The notes: generated by a model from the letters alone, not told the origin. Positions 30,874 through 40,731 are shown, counted from the stretch's first letter. The stretch: 64,000 nt of DNA from Candidatus Bathyarchaeota archaeon (GCA_963706285.1 CAVPLU010000009.1:1-64000); one strand, 5' to 3'. Program-made: numbers and translations.

Positions 30874-32022
30874 TCACCGTGGGTTGGCCAAAATCAATGT
30901 TATGCTGGTTATAGTTTTCTTCTTTCTTACCGTGGCAGTCCAGCTCAACAGTTGGAGAACAATTATGGCTCCTGCGCCGGTGGCGAGGTAGATCTCGAAA
31001 CTGGTTGTGGTCCAGACTGCAATTACCGTCTTCGGGCCGTTCATTGTTAGCGACCCCTTCGGATTCTTGCTGCTGTAGTCGCCTTTCCATTCCACGAAAT
31101 CCTCTTGCATTCCAAAGACGCCTGCGGGGGAATCGACTGAGAATGTTGCTGTATCGCCCGATTTGTAGTATCCTGCGCCTTTGGGGTTTCCATAGTTCGA
31201 CAGTATCGTCAGCAGGAACATTGTGTCGAACTTTGCAACTACCTTGTGAGGTGCATCCATGATAATTACGAAGCCATTATCTGATCTTGAGGCACCATCC
31301 ACTATCCATCCGTTGAACACGTACTTTGTTCCACTACCATCTTGCACCTCAACCGGGACCGGAGAGATCGACGCTGACGATCCTCGAGAGAACCATCCAG
31401 AGGCAGTCACATCTGTGACGCCCGCCGGTTCAGTGTTCACATCCAAGTAGTAGGTAGTGGTGCTGGTAGTCGTGGTACTGTTGGTACTGGTGCTACTGGC
31501 GGTAGTGGTGGCAGTGGCAGTAGTGGTCACGTCTAAGTAGTGCATGTTGGGCGTAACCGTTACTTCGATCAATACTGGGATCCCTCGGATGACTAGTGCG
31601 TTGAAATATGACCCGGGCTCCTTGGGGGCGGTTATCTTGAAGAGGACCTTTATTCTTCCATCAGTTGGGTCTTGGTCTTGTGGAGAGTTGTCATCGACCT
31701 CCTGAGGGTCGAACGTGAACCTCGCGTTGTCACTCATATCAGACATCCATGCCATTTTGAAGGGAAGAATTCCGGCTGGATCTCGAAGCTCGGCTTCAAC
31801 GAGAAGAGTGTAAGGCTTTTCGCTCTCCACACTGACTTTGAGATGAACCAAATTAAGACGTGTGTTGGTGCCGTTTAACCAGATCCCAATACCGCCATTG
31901 TGACAGTAACAACCTTGATCATTCACCGGGTTTGAGGCTGTAATTTGGACGGAGTTGCCTAAGACTGTCGCCGCAAAGAATAGTGCGATCAAGCCAACTG
32001 TGAGCCTATGAAAGCGTGTCAT
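30874..32022 (-). CDS. Exported protein with CxCH motif, Thr-rich linker, InlB-B-like repeats and TM anchor
   Basis: Signal peptide; GCYCH; YVFNGW..DG and FVEWKGD repeats; C-terminal TM. Confidence 0.75.
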   Translation of the reverse strand: MTRFHRLTVGLIALFFAATVLGNSVQITASNPVNDQGCYCHNGGIGIWLNGTNTRLNLVHLKVSVESEKPYTLLVEAELRDPAGILPFKMAWMSDMSDNARFTFDPQEVDDNSPQDQDPTDGRIKVLFKITAPKEPGSYFNALVIRGIPVLIEVTVTPNMHYLDVTTTATATTTASSTSTNSTTTTSTTTYYLDVNTEPAGVTDVTASGWFSRGSSASISPVPVEVQDGSGTKYVFNGWIVDGASRSDNGFVIIMDAPHKVVAKFDTMFLLTILSNYGNPKGAGYYKSGDTATFSVDSPAGVFGMQEDFVEWKGDYSSKNPKGSLTMNGPKTVIAVWTTTSFEIYLATGAGAIIVLQLLSWTATVRKKKTITSITLILANPR

Positions 32023-32334
32023 CGCTCTGCCGAGAAGGATGCACGATGGAGAATCCTATTAGACTATATCTCTTTGTTTTGTGGGCCGCGATGCTTGGCA
32101 TGTATTGGCCTAGAGCCTGCTCGTGTTTTGGTGTTGCTTTGGGGTTGTCACGTGCTGGTATATTTGTGCTAGGATAGGAGTTGCTTTTCTTGTTTCTTAT
32201 TCTGTTTAACTGTAGCTGTTCCGCTGTACTTCGGTTACTGCTGTTGTAGCTGTTGGTATGAGGGTATTGTCTGCTAGAGATTTGTATCCTCGGAGGGTAT
32301 TTTCTGCTGGTGTTTGTTTTTCCGGGAGATCTTG

Positions 32335-32395
32335 CGGTGCCGGGCTTCCGAATTTGAACCGTCGCACTCGTCATTGAACTAGTGTGTGCGCACTC
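32335..32395 (-). repeat. tRNA-3'-like repeat copy plus truncated variant
   Basis: CGGTGCCGGGCTTCCGAATTTGAACCGTCG (32335-32364); AGTGTGTGCGCACTC (32381-32395). Confidence 0.8.
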
Positions 32396-32410
32396 CTACC
32401 GTAATTCATT

Positions 32411-33275
32411 TCACTGATTCGCAGACTTGCTTCTTCTGACCTCAGCCGGCCGCGTGGGAGGCCACCTAGCAGCGTCAAAATGTTCGAGATAGAAGTCCTT
32501 TGAAATTGCACCTGTAACTATGCCTTTCAGAATTGGCCAATTGTGCGGGATTGTGGCGAAGTAGATGTGCTGGATCGCCAGCCCAATCAACAAGAATGCA
32601 AAGAAGTCATGGGTCATGAGGAGCAGTTGCGATTGTTGCATAGTCAAAGAGGGGCATGGGTATCAGCCATGGCAGCGGGTCCCAGAAGTAGATGCCCGTG
32701 ATGCCCAGCGCTACGATTGAGATACTCAATGTCCAATGATAGCTCTTCATGAAGAAGTCGTACTTGCCTTCGCGGGGGTACTCTCTCGCGCGGCCAAGGA
32801 AAATCCTGGCCCGCTTCCTCGCATCAGCGATATCCGTTCTTCCGAACCAGATATTCGCCCAGCCCCGAACTACAGCTGTATCCCACACGATGTGGATGAC
32901 AATGAGCGCCAGCAGCGCCCAAACGAACGTCGTGTGCGTTGCGATCTTGGCACTGGTACTACTTATCCCAAGGAGCGACATGATGGCATCAACGGGTCCT
33001 GCTGGGAGAATGGTGATATTGCTCAGAGCTAGGAAGATCGAGACACCGGTCAGAGCCATGATGCCTAGGACCACGAAGTCGATCCAATGGAATAGTCTCT
33101 GTACGAGATCATAGGTCGTCACCTTATTTCTTGGGACGACGACAATCTGCTGCTGCTGGGGTCGCGTGTGAGTCCATCCTCTAACAGCCCATGCAAACCA
33201 GTGAATAATGCAACCGAATATGAAAAACAGAACGATGGTGAACGGAATCGCTGGTGCTAGAGCCACGGGTATCAA
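32411..33275 (-). CDS. Cytochrome b subunit (FdnI/HyaC-like), frameshift near 32640
   Basis: QRLFHW, H...HIVW, GKYDFFMKSYHW, THDFFA...HIYFA, EH. Confidence 0.8.
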
Positions 33276-33478
33276 CAGCTGGAAATTGCAGTGGACTCTC
33301 CTTTAGTGTTTAGGATTAGACGAGCCCCTGCATCAAGAGCGGCGACACGTGTCACAGTGGCTGCGATGAAGCGTGAGATTCAAAGGCAACGTCGTCTAAA
33401 ATAACTACCGTTGTCAAGATAGGCTGTTCGGAGATTCCTCCACCTACTCGTTGATGCAGGAGTCGTCGGTCCTCAATC

Positions 33479-33520
33479 TGTGTGTGGGTCTAGTGGTGCG
33501 CACCAGCCAACCCACACACA
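33479..33520. repeat. Palindromic (head-to-head) variant of the dispersed repeat
   Basis: TGTGTGTGGGT-CTAG-TGGTGCGCACCA-GCCA-ACCCACACACA: 11-bp inverted repeat and a perfect 12-bp central palindrome. Confidence 0.88.
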
Positions 33521-33650
33521 TCCCCCATGCGAGTCCAAAACCGATTGTTTGACCCCCATGAGAGGCACGCATTAGGAAGGCGCTACCTCTCTCGTAAAAT
33601 ACATGACCGAGGGCAAATGTTAAGTATTTCAGACGTTAGAAATAGTTTAC

Positions 33651-34004
33651 ATGGTGGAAGAAATGCGTAGGAACTTGATCGGTTACTTGGGATTCATGGG
33701 CTTCCTAGGTCTCTTGGGTTTGATTGTCGACAATCCCGGATTCTTTGGATTTTTCGGGTTCTTCGGCTTCTGGAGTTCAATGGGGGGCAAGGGTAGCGAT
33801 GAGAGAGTGGATCAGAACGTTAACAGGGCCTGCAGGAATGCATTCATATTCAGTATGGTCGCATCAGCACTCCTCTTCTCGTACATAGGGATTCTTCAAG
33901 CTGCAGAAGCGTTCCAGCTGGCAGTGTCAGTCGCAGTCTTGTTTGCTGGCGGCTTGACGATATTCGTTGCATCGTTCGTCTACTACGACAGGTTCAGTGC
34001 CTGA
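33651..34004 (+). CDS. DUF3796-like membrane protein
   Basis: [10 protein letters not shown]...FFGFFGFF...DERV..N..RA..NAF. Confidence 0.75.
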   Translation: MVEEMRRNLIGYLGFMGFLGLLGLIVDNPGFFGFFGFFGFWSSMGGKGSDERVDQNVNRACRNAFIFSMVASALLFSYIGILQAAEAFQLAVSVAVLFAGGLTIFVASFVYYDRFSA

Positions 34005-34015
34005 GAGTCCTCGAC

Positions 34016-34219
34016 ATGAAGACGAAGATCAAAGAACTGAGAGACAAGCGCAACCTTACTCAAGAGGCTCTGGCTGAGAAAGTGGACGTCACAAGACAGA
34101 CTATACTCTTCCTAGAAAAAGGAAAATACAACCCGTCACTGAGATTAGCCTACAAGATTGCCAAAGTGCTGAACTCGAAGATCGAAGATGTCTTCTCCTT
34201 TGAAGATGAGAGGCTTTAG
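34016..34219 (+). CDS. XRE-family HTH regulator
   Basis: [17 protein letters not shown]...[10 protein letters not shown]. Confidence 0.92.
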   Translation: MKTKIKELRDKRNLTQEALAEKVDVTRQTILFLEKGKYNPSLRLAYKIAKVLNSKIEDVFSFEDERL

Positions 34220-34324
34220 GAACTTGCGAATAATCGCTTGGCGAGTCTTTCTCCGAGAGATTGAGACAAGAGCGAAATCCCCTAACCCGTTGAGGTGGCT
34301 GTCGTCGTTCGTCGTTTCGTTTGA

Positions 34325-34358
34325 ATGTGTGTGCGCACCATGAAGACCATACACACAT
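34325..34358. repeat. Hairpin variant of the dispersed repeat
   Basis: ATGTGTGT-GCGCACCATGAAGACCAT-ACACACAT (8-bp inverted repeat). Confidence 0.75.
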
Positions 34359-34526
34359 CACTACCTCCCAAGGGGAAGGCGGAAACCGCATTGTGGAAGA
34401 CTTCAGAGCAATGTCCTTAGCCCAGTTGAAGAGTATTCGTAACAACGTGACATAGGTGCGGATCAGAGCGCGTTCGGCAACTCTTTTATGACTATGAATC
34501 CTCAGGGCCAGTCTAAGTGCTGAGAT

Positions 34527-35628
34527 GTGCCCGCCAAAAAGCTAACAATCGTATTTCTCCTAGTTATGTTCGCGCTTGTGCTCGTCGCGGAACCATTGCA
34601 CGTCCACGCCGCGTCATCCCTGGTCCAACGAAATTCGACTTGGTGCAACACCTTCCATAGCTATGATGTATGCAATGACGCTGCAACGCTCTCGGTTTCT
34701 TTCGCAAGCGGCGTGACAAGCGGGAATCTACTGGTCGTAGCTGTGACGGTTGGGAGTAACCCTCCGGTCACGGTAATTTCCGTAAGTGATTCCCGAGGCT
34801 CTTCATTCACTCAAGCTGTATCAGACTCGATGACAAACAATTATGCCTACGCCTACATCTACTATGCCATTCTCTCTTCCAGCGGACCTGACACGGTCAC
34901 AGCAACCTTCAGCGCGGTGCCCTACAAAGATCCTAATAGCTTACTGGGCGGCACGCGGGATCGCATACTTACACATCTTTGAGGTTTCAGGTGTCACCAC
35001 CGTAGGCATTACAACCGGCGAGGGCCACGGTTTGCTTTCCGGTGAGGGCACGATCTCCACATCATCCACTCCTTTTCAAAGCGGAGCCTTCCTCGTAGCC
35101 ATCGCAACTGAAGACATTTTGACCGGTAATTGGGCTGTTGGAACCGGTTTCACTCTATCTCCGAACCCACCCTACGATCAGTATAATGATCTTTCAATGA
35201 CTCAGTACTCGACTTCCGGAGTTGGCAGTCCAACCACGTTCCCTGCAACACTCTCAGCTTCCGGCGGGAATGACAAGGACTGGGTTGAAGTTGGTGCAGC
35301 TTTCCAACCAGGGGTTGTAACTGTCACCACGGTTGTGAGTACGGTGAGTACGGGTACGCTGAGTACGGGTAATCGCTTCATCCCAGTAACAACGGTGATT
35401 TCCTATTCAACTACAAGTTGGACTTCGGCTGGCGGCACAGTCACACAACTAGTGACCGAATTCGACACTATCTACGGCTATTTCATGAATGTCGTCGCTC
35501 AAGCAGTGGGCGGCTTCATTGAGGAGACAAACAAGCTTGGCGTCTTGACGACATGGTTCACAATACTCGGATGCGTCGCAGCCGTAGCATTCGTCGTTGT
35601 GCAACCGCGGAAGAAACCTGAGAACTGA
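34527..35628 (+). CDS. Secreted beta-rich surface protein with C-terminal anchor (frameshift near 34950)
   Basis: Signal peptide; GNLLVVAV...SVSDSRG; T-rich tail, VGG motif, TM, RKK. Confidence 0.75.
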
Positions 35629-35725
35629 TCTCATCTCGGCTTCCTCTCCTGCTCCGCGTCAAGAGGACCGACACGCTAAGGAACGCTTCACAATTTACCT
35701 ACCTGGCTCGTTGTTTCAGCCGTTC

Positions 35726-35751
35726 TGTGTGGGTCTACTGGTGCACACACA
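35726..35751. repeat. Hairpin variant of the dispersed repeat
   Basis: TGTGTGGGTCTACTGGTGCACACACA; left arm nearly the same as the 33479 copy. Confidence 0.75.
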
Positions 35752-35929
35752 ATATCTGAAATGATGACGAACGACTGGTAAGAGGACCAACAAAGTGACC
35801 AACTTCAGTGTAAGCGCTTCGTTTAGGTAGCGAAAGAATGAGGATAGGGATGCTCAGTTCTCGGGTTTCTTCCACGGCTTCGCCACAGCGAGCAGTTTGG
35901 TTGATCGAGACACCGAGCCCAGAATTGAG

Positions 35930-36133
35930 TTACTTCGGTTCTATTTCGAACTCTCCTTCGACTACTGCGCCGAACCCCTTGGCTATTCTGAGTGAGAGCG
36001 TGACCTTCGTGTTGTAGTCGACCTTGTGAACTTCTGCGTCTTTCAGGTCGACGTGTTCATGATTGTGAATTTCTCGTGCTTGATCTCCATATAATCTAAA
36101 CTTGACGATCATGCTAGATCGCTCCCATCGCAT
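35930..36133 (-). CDS. Small hypothetical protein
   Basis: 67-aa ORF; probable start MIVKF after GGAG. Confidence 0.5.
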   Translation of the reverse strand: MRWERSSMIVKFRLYGDQAREIHNHEHVDLKDAEVHKVDYNTKVTLSLRIAKGFGAVVEGEFEIEPK

Positions 36134-36377
36134 GTAGCCTATACCAGCACTCGTAACAGTGTGCTGTCTTGGTGAGAGCTTTCTTTTGTTGGTGACATTC
36201 CTTACATTCAGGCATCTTGCTTAACCCTTGAAGGTACATGAGGTTCATCTACGCCATATTACACTTGTCAGAAAGCATGGGAATCCTCCTGTTCTGCATG
36301 AGAGAACGAGTACGGTTGTGAAGCAGCTGGTTTGATTTGGGGTTGTGAGATGCCTGGAGATTGCTATGCCGTTGATT

Positions 36378-36444
36378 TGTGCGTGATTCTCTTGGGGCGA
36401 GCACCTAAATCTGAATCGTCAGAATGAAGTGTGAACCCGCACCA
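36378..36444. repeat. tRNA-3'-like copy followed by an opposite-sense CCCGCACCA half-site
   Basis: TGGGGCGAGCACCTAAATCTGAATC (36393-36417); GTGTGAACCCGCACCA (36429-36444). Confidence 0.7.
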
Positions 36445-36474
36445 ACAAGGGGGAACTAAATAGTTCGATCATGC

Positions 36475-36667
36475 GTTCTTGGTCACGGACTATTCCAGTT
36501 TTCATGATGTCCTCTTTCGTTTCTTTGACTAGGATGTCATTTTCCGGTTTGTCCAAGATCTCAGTGAGTGTGAAGTATCTCACAGAGGGATTATCTCTTT
36601 CTAGGAGCCATTCTGTCGGGTCCGCCTTCAAGATGGATCTCCAATCGCTCACCCTTCCAACCTCCAT
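36475..36667 (-). pseudogene. N-terminal fragment of a prenyltransferase/squalene-cyclase-repeat-like protein
   Basis: SDWRSILKADPTEWLLERDNPSVRYFTLTEILD...IMKTGIV, then breaks off; GGAGG ribosome-binding site. Confidence 0.6.
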
Positions 36668-36737
36668 TTCATCCTCCCTCAGCAGCCTCAAAAGGTGGCA
36701 TGATCCCTCCTTCACACTCGAGTCTGAGATTTCGTTT

Positions 36738-36801
36738 TGTGTGTGGGTAGGCTGGTTCGGGCGTCCAAATGTGTGGCCAGGATGAGTGTGAACCCGCGCC
36801 A
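36738..36801. repeat. Last repeat copy plus half-site; mirrors 36378-36444
   Basis: TGTGTGTGGGTAGGCTGGTTCGGGCGTCCAAAT; GTGTGAACCCGCGCCA (15/16 identical to 36429-36444). Confidence 0.7.
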
Positions 36802-36825
36802 AGAGGCCAGAACTAGGCAACTCAA

Positions 36826-37269
36826 TTATGCGTCTTTGGTCACGGACTTTTCCAGCGCTAGTATGCGTTGCTTCAATTCCTCGGGCAAAGGCGTCTTCTT
36901 GTTCTCGTGGTAATTGTAGGAGACTATCACTCCTTCTCCCTCAGCCGCAGTTGCCTGGGCTTTGTGGCTAATGGCATAATGTTCCATCACAAACCTGTCT
37001 TCTTCAATTCTCGAAATCCGTGTACCGACAGAGAGCGTGTCAGGGTAAGTCAGCGGTACCTTGAATTTGCATTGAATTGAAGCTAGAATTGGTCCTATTC
37101 CAGTTTGGTTCATGTACTCCCATATTCCCAACTTCTCAAGATACGCGATTCTTGCACTTTCGAAATAGCGGAAATACATGACATTGTTGACGTGGCGTAG
37201 AGAATCCATCTCTCCCCATGCAACTGGTATCTGTATGACGACAGGGCAGCTTGCAAGTGGTTCTTTCAT
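36826..37269 (-). CDS. Acyl-CoA thioesterase (YbgC/4HBT family)
   Basis: WGEMDSLRHVNNVMYFRYFESAR. Confidence 0.9.
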   Translation of the reverse strand: MKEPLASCPVVIQIPVAWGEMDSLRHVNNVMYFRYFESARIAYLEKLGIWEYMNQTGIGPILASIQCKFKVPLTYPDTLSVGTRISRIEEDRFVMEHYAISHKAQATAAEGEGVIVSYNYHENKKTPLPEELKQRILALEKSVTKDA

Positions 37270-37430
37270 GATACAACTCGCACCTTATCTGACTCTTTCG
37301 CGGTGTTTCTAATCAAGACTTGCGCTCGGGTCTCCTTTCATCTTGTGTGTCGTTCGTAGGGTACAACGACGTCGCTGGCATCTTTGAAAGCTTAAACGGT
37401 CCGGGCTGCTTCGTGAATTGCGATCACTGA

Positions 37431-37721
37431 ATGTCCACGCAGACAAGCTATGACTCAGCGGTGCTTTGGGAAGTGCTCACAGAAACAGTCCATGCGCTCC
37501 CCATGTACAAGCATCACAAACACTACGTGGAGAAGGTCCTACTGCCGGAGAAACCCCGTATCTCCGCCAAAGAGATGGGACTGGTTATGGGCATGCCCCT
37601 AGGCGAGGCGATCGTGATTCTCGAGGAACTGAAGCCTTCCAAGGAGACACCTGAAGGGCAGTCTAAGGCCAAAGCGGCCACAGCCACTGGTAAGAGCCTC
37701 CTCGACTATGGAACCAAGTGA
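37431..37721 (+). CDS. Hypothetical protein
   Basis: 96 aa; TTAAA box upstream; first gene of the core-like block. Confidence 0.7.
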   Translation: MSTQTSYDSAVLWEVLTETVHALPMYKHHKHYVEKVLLPEKPRISAKEMGLVMGMPLGEAIVILEELKPSKETPEGQSKAKAATATGKSLLDYGTK

Positions 37722-37745
37722 CCAGATCATCTGAGGGCTTTCATC

Positions 37746-38907
37746 TTGTCCGGCGTTGTGTTGATCTCGACTGCAGAGTTCGCCCTGAAGAGCCAACCAG
37801 TGCGCCACCTGCTCATTCGACTATTGAAGACACACATCAGGTTCAATCTCAAGCGCATGGGGATTGGCAACTGCAAGATCACGCAGGCTGGAGGATTCCT
37901 TGTCTTGGACGGCATTGACGATCCGGAAAAGTGCGCCAAGGAATTGGCTGAGGTGTTCGGAGTCGCTCACGCCGACGCCTGCCAACGAACCCAACTAGAT
38001 CTAGGAGAAATTGCGGGGGGCGTGGTCAGACTGGCCCAAGAGAGGCTCAAGAATGGAGAGACATTTGCAGTAAGAGCACGCAACTTCGAACCTTCACAAA
38101 TCAAAGGAAAAGAGATCGAAGTACGAGCAGGCGCAGAGGTACTGTCTCAACTTCCGAACGGCTTGAAAGTAAACCTGAGCAATCCGGATCACACTCTACG
38201 AGTATTCTACGGTGCCAAGGAGGCATTCGTCTCCTCTGCACGATTCAATGGTCCGGGTGGACTGCCGGTTGGTTCTCAGGGAAGACTTCTCGGCCTCGCA
38301 ACCGACCCAGCGTATGCACCCTTTGTCGTTCTATTTGTTGATGAAACGCGGAGCCATGGTTTGGCCGGTGATTCCCAATATTCCCGCAGTCCTAGGCGAG
38401 ACTCGGCCCGAAGAGATAGTCGACGGCCTCAGGAAGTTGGCGCCGTTAGTTCCGAAGAAAGACTACTATATCCGTCTTCTAGAACTCGATGATGCCACAT
38501 CGAGAATACTGGACTCCGCAGATAGGTCACTTCAAACGATCCTTGCGTTGCGTCTCGTTTATCGTGCATTCGCGAATATCATTCAGACTGAACGAGTACT
38601 CGGACTTGTGACGGCTGACAATTTTGGCCGCAACGGTCTAGATTCGCTGAAAGATTTGAGAGTCTTCGAAGATATCGTGAAGTTTCCTGTCTACCGTCCG
38701 CTACTTACTTTGGATGATGAAACCATGGATCGAGCGCTTGCGGAACGCGGACTACTGCAATTCGTGAAGAATGGAGCGACGAGACAGGGGGATCGCTTGG
38801 GTCTGTCAAACGTGTCGGCTAAGAATCTCAGAGAGCTAGAAGAACGTCTTCATGTGGAAGACCTAGCCAAACGTATCGCTGATGGGTCTACGAGAATCCA
38901 GATCTAG
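37746..38907 (+). CDS. thiI: ThiI-like THUMP protein with degenerate PP-loop (frameshift near 38323)
   Basis: TFAVRAR, KVNLSNPD, GPGGLPVGSQG, LMKRG, PVYRPL; SGGxDS motif absent. Confidence 0.75.
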
Positions 38908-40108
38908 CGGCCAGATCCATTACGTACCGGGTCGCAGTTCCGACGGCGTCTGTTTCGATTGCCATTTGTCTGAATCTCTCCGTTGTTGCCGGCGGCGAGT
39001 TCAGCAGTCTTCTCGTCGCATTGAGAAGGCGTTCCGTTGTAACTTCTTTTTGGGGAATAAGTTCGGCAAGGCCTAGTTTGCATGCTCGTTTTGCGTTGCC
39101 GTACTGTTCAGTGTGATCGGGGATAGGTATGAGTATCATTGGTTTCCCGAAAGTCATCGTTTTCGTTATCATTCCATGGCCTGCTCGGCAGATGACAACG
39201 TCGGCTGCTTTCAACAGTCCATACTGATCATCAACCCAGCCGTAGATGGTGAGGCTACTGTTGTGCAATGGAGCTGAGGATCCTGTCGGGTCACCGCGGG
39301 ATAGGACGACTTGGCAATCGCTTGGGAATTGGCTTAGGGAATGTGAAAGTAAATTCGAAAGTACGGTTCTCTCGGTTTTCGGGCCACTGACGGCTGCGTA
39401 GACTAGCGGTTTTCTAGAGTCGAAAGAAAATGATGCCTTTAATGTATCTTGACTCGGGAGTTGCGAGGGTTCCACCGGAACGATTGGTCCGATCAACTTC
39501 ACTTTCTCAGCGTATCGTTTCGGGATTGTAAGGTTGCTCGCTGAGATTGTGTAGGGAGACGGCAGGTCTGGAATCAGTATTAGATTGCTTCTAGCCCAGA
39601 CTCCTCCGATGACGTTCCTGAATAGGGTCCAGAAGAGATTCGCGATCAAGAAGAATAGTCTCTCGATTGGGGTGATCTGTTCTGTGGAGGGTTTCTTGAT
39701 GATCTCTATGCGGAACTGGTTTAACATCAGAGCGACGGGTACGCCGAGCAGTCTGGCGGCGATGAGAGAGGACGCTCTTGAATCAGACAAAATGGCGTGT
39801 GGGCGAAATCGTTTGATGTTTCTGATCTCAGCCGTCAATTGTTTAAGAAATGTTCTCACTCCGAGCGAAAAGCCGCTCGTAGCAGCAGTCATCTTGAAAT
39901 CGACAGTTCCATCTTCTTTGACCTTGAATCCGATCGGAACGGTCGGAAGCGTCTTTAGACCTCTCTTCTTGGCATAGTCGAGACCGTCCAAGTAGGTCGA
40001 GAAGGTTACCTCCACCCCTTTGGAGGTCAGCATCTCTGCGATTGGCTCGCACCTTGTGATGTGTCCGAGTCCGATTCCACATGGTGCGACATATACTCTC
40101 AACGGCAA
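38888..40108 (-). CDS. GT28 (MurG-like) glycosyltransferase
   Basis: CGIGLGHITR; ICRAGHG...PIPDHTEQYGNA. Confidence 0.88.
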   Translation of the reverse strand: MPLRVYVAPCGIGLGHITRCEPIAEMLTSKGVEVTFSTYLDGLDYAKKRGLKTLPTVPIGFKVKEDGTVDFKMTAATSGFSLGVRTFLKQLTAEIRNIKRFRPHAILSDSRASSLIAARLLGVPVALMLNQFRIEIIKKPSTEQITPIERLFFLIANLFWTLFRNVIGGVWARSNLILIPDLPSPYTISASNLTIPKRYAEKVKLIGPIVPVEPSQLPSQDTLKASFSFDSRKPLVYAAVSGPKTERTVLSNLLSHSLSQFPSDCQVVLSRGDPTGSSAPLHNSSLTIYGWVDDQYGLLKAADVVICRAGHGMITKTMTFGKPMILIPIPDHTEQYGNAKRACKLGLAELIPQKEVTTERLLNATRRLLNSPPATTERFRQMAIETDAVGTATRYVMDLAARSGFS

Positions 40109-40113
40109 CCGCT

Positions 40114-40731
40114 CTAGAGTTCTTTCAGGCGCACTTCCCCGTTCGGTTCACTTTCTTCGAAGATGACTGCCTGAAATTTCTCGACTTTTGTATCTTTATC
40201 CAGCCACGCGTCAGGAGGCAGATCTGCTTTGAGGCAACAGTTGCTGAGGAACTCTTCTGCATTCCAGTTCCACTCAGGAGCGACCTGCGGAAGCAGCAGT
40301 CCGCGACGGCCACCTCGTCCGACTATCAAGCCGTCTCTGCCGATCTCAATCTCCTTCGCACGTTCAACGGGCATTTTGGCGGCGACCTCCTTAGGAACAG
40401 TCAGAAGACTCACTTCCATCACAACGCGTTCCTTGAACTCTGAAAGTCCGACGGGGTCGAATCGTGGGTCTGCAGTGGCAGCCTCTATGGCTGATCGGAT
40501 TGTGGCAACGGCGAGGGGCTCGGTTGGGAGGGGAAATCCTATGCAGCCTCTAAGCTGAGAGGTTGGCTTTGCTGAGTTCAGAGTGACAAAAACGCCTGAC
40601 TTCTCAAGAAGGTGTTTTGGTGTGTTTGCGGGCGGATCGATATCGAGGCCACTTGTGAGGTATTCTTCGATTGCGCTTCTGGCAAGATTCACAAGGAACT
40701 TGCCATCGCTAATCGAGAACGGCGCAGTCAT
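40114..40731 (-). CDS. AMMECR1-domain protein
   Basis: GVFVTL, LRGCIG, DPRF, GLLLPQV. Confidence 0.95.
   Translation of the reverse strand: MTAPFSISDGKFLVNLARSAIEEYLTSGLDIDPPANTPKHLLEKSGVFVTLNSAKPTSQLRGCIGFPLPTEPLAVATIRSAIEAATADPRFDPVGLSEFKERVVMEVSLLTVPKEVAAKMPVERAKEIEIGRDGLIVGRGGRRGLLLPQVAPEWNWNAEEFLSNCCLKADLPPDAWLDKDTKVEKFQAVIFEESEPNGEVRLKEL

Noticed and set aside
31450-31530. Low-complexity GGTAGT/GGTACT repeats
   Set aside because: They encode the Thr/Ser linker of the surface protein
32006-32374. 122-aa ORF
   Set aside because: Low-complexity skewed tract that spans a repeat copy; no protein-like motif
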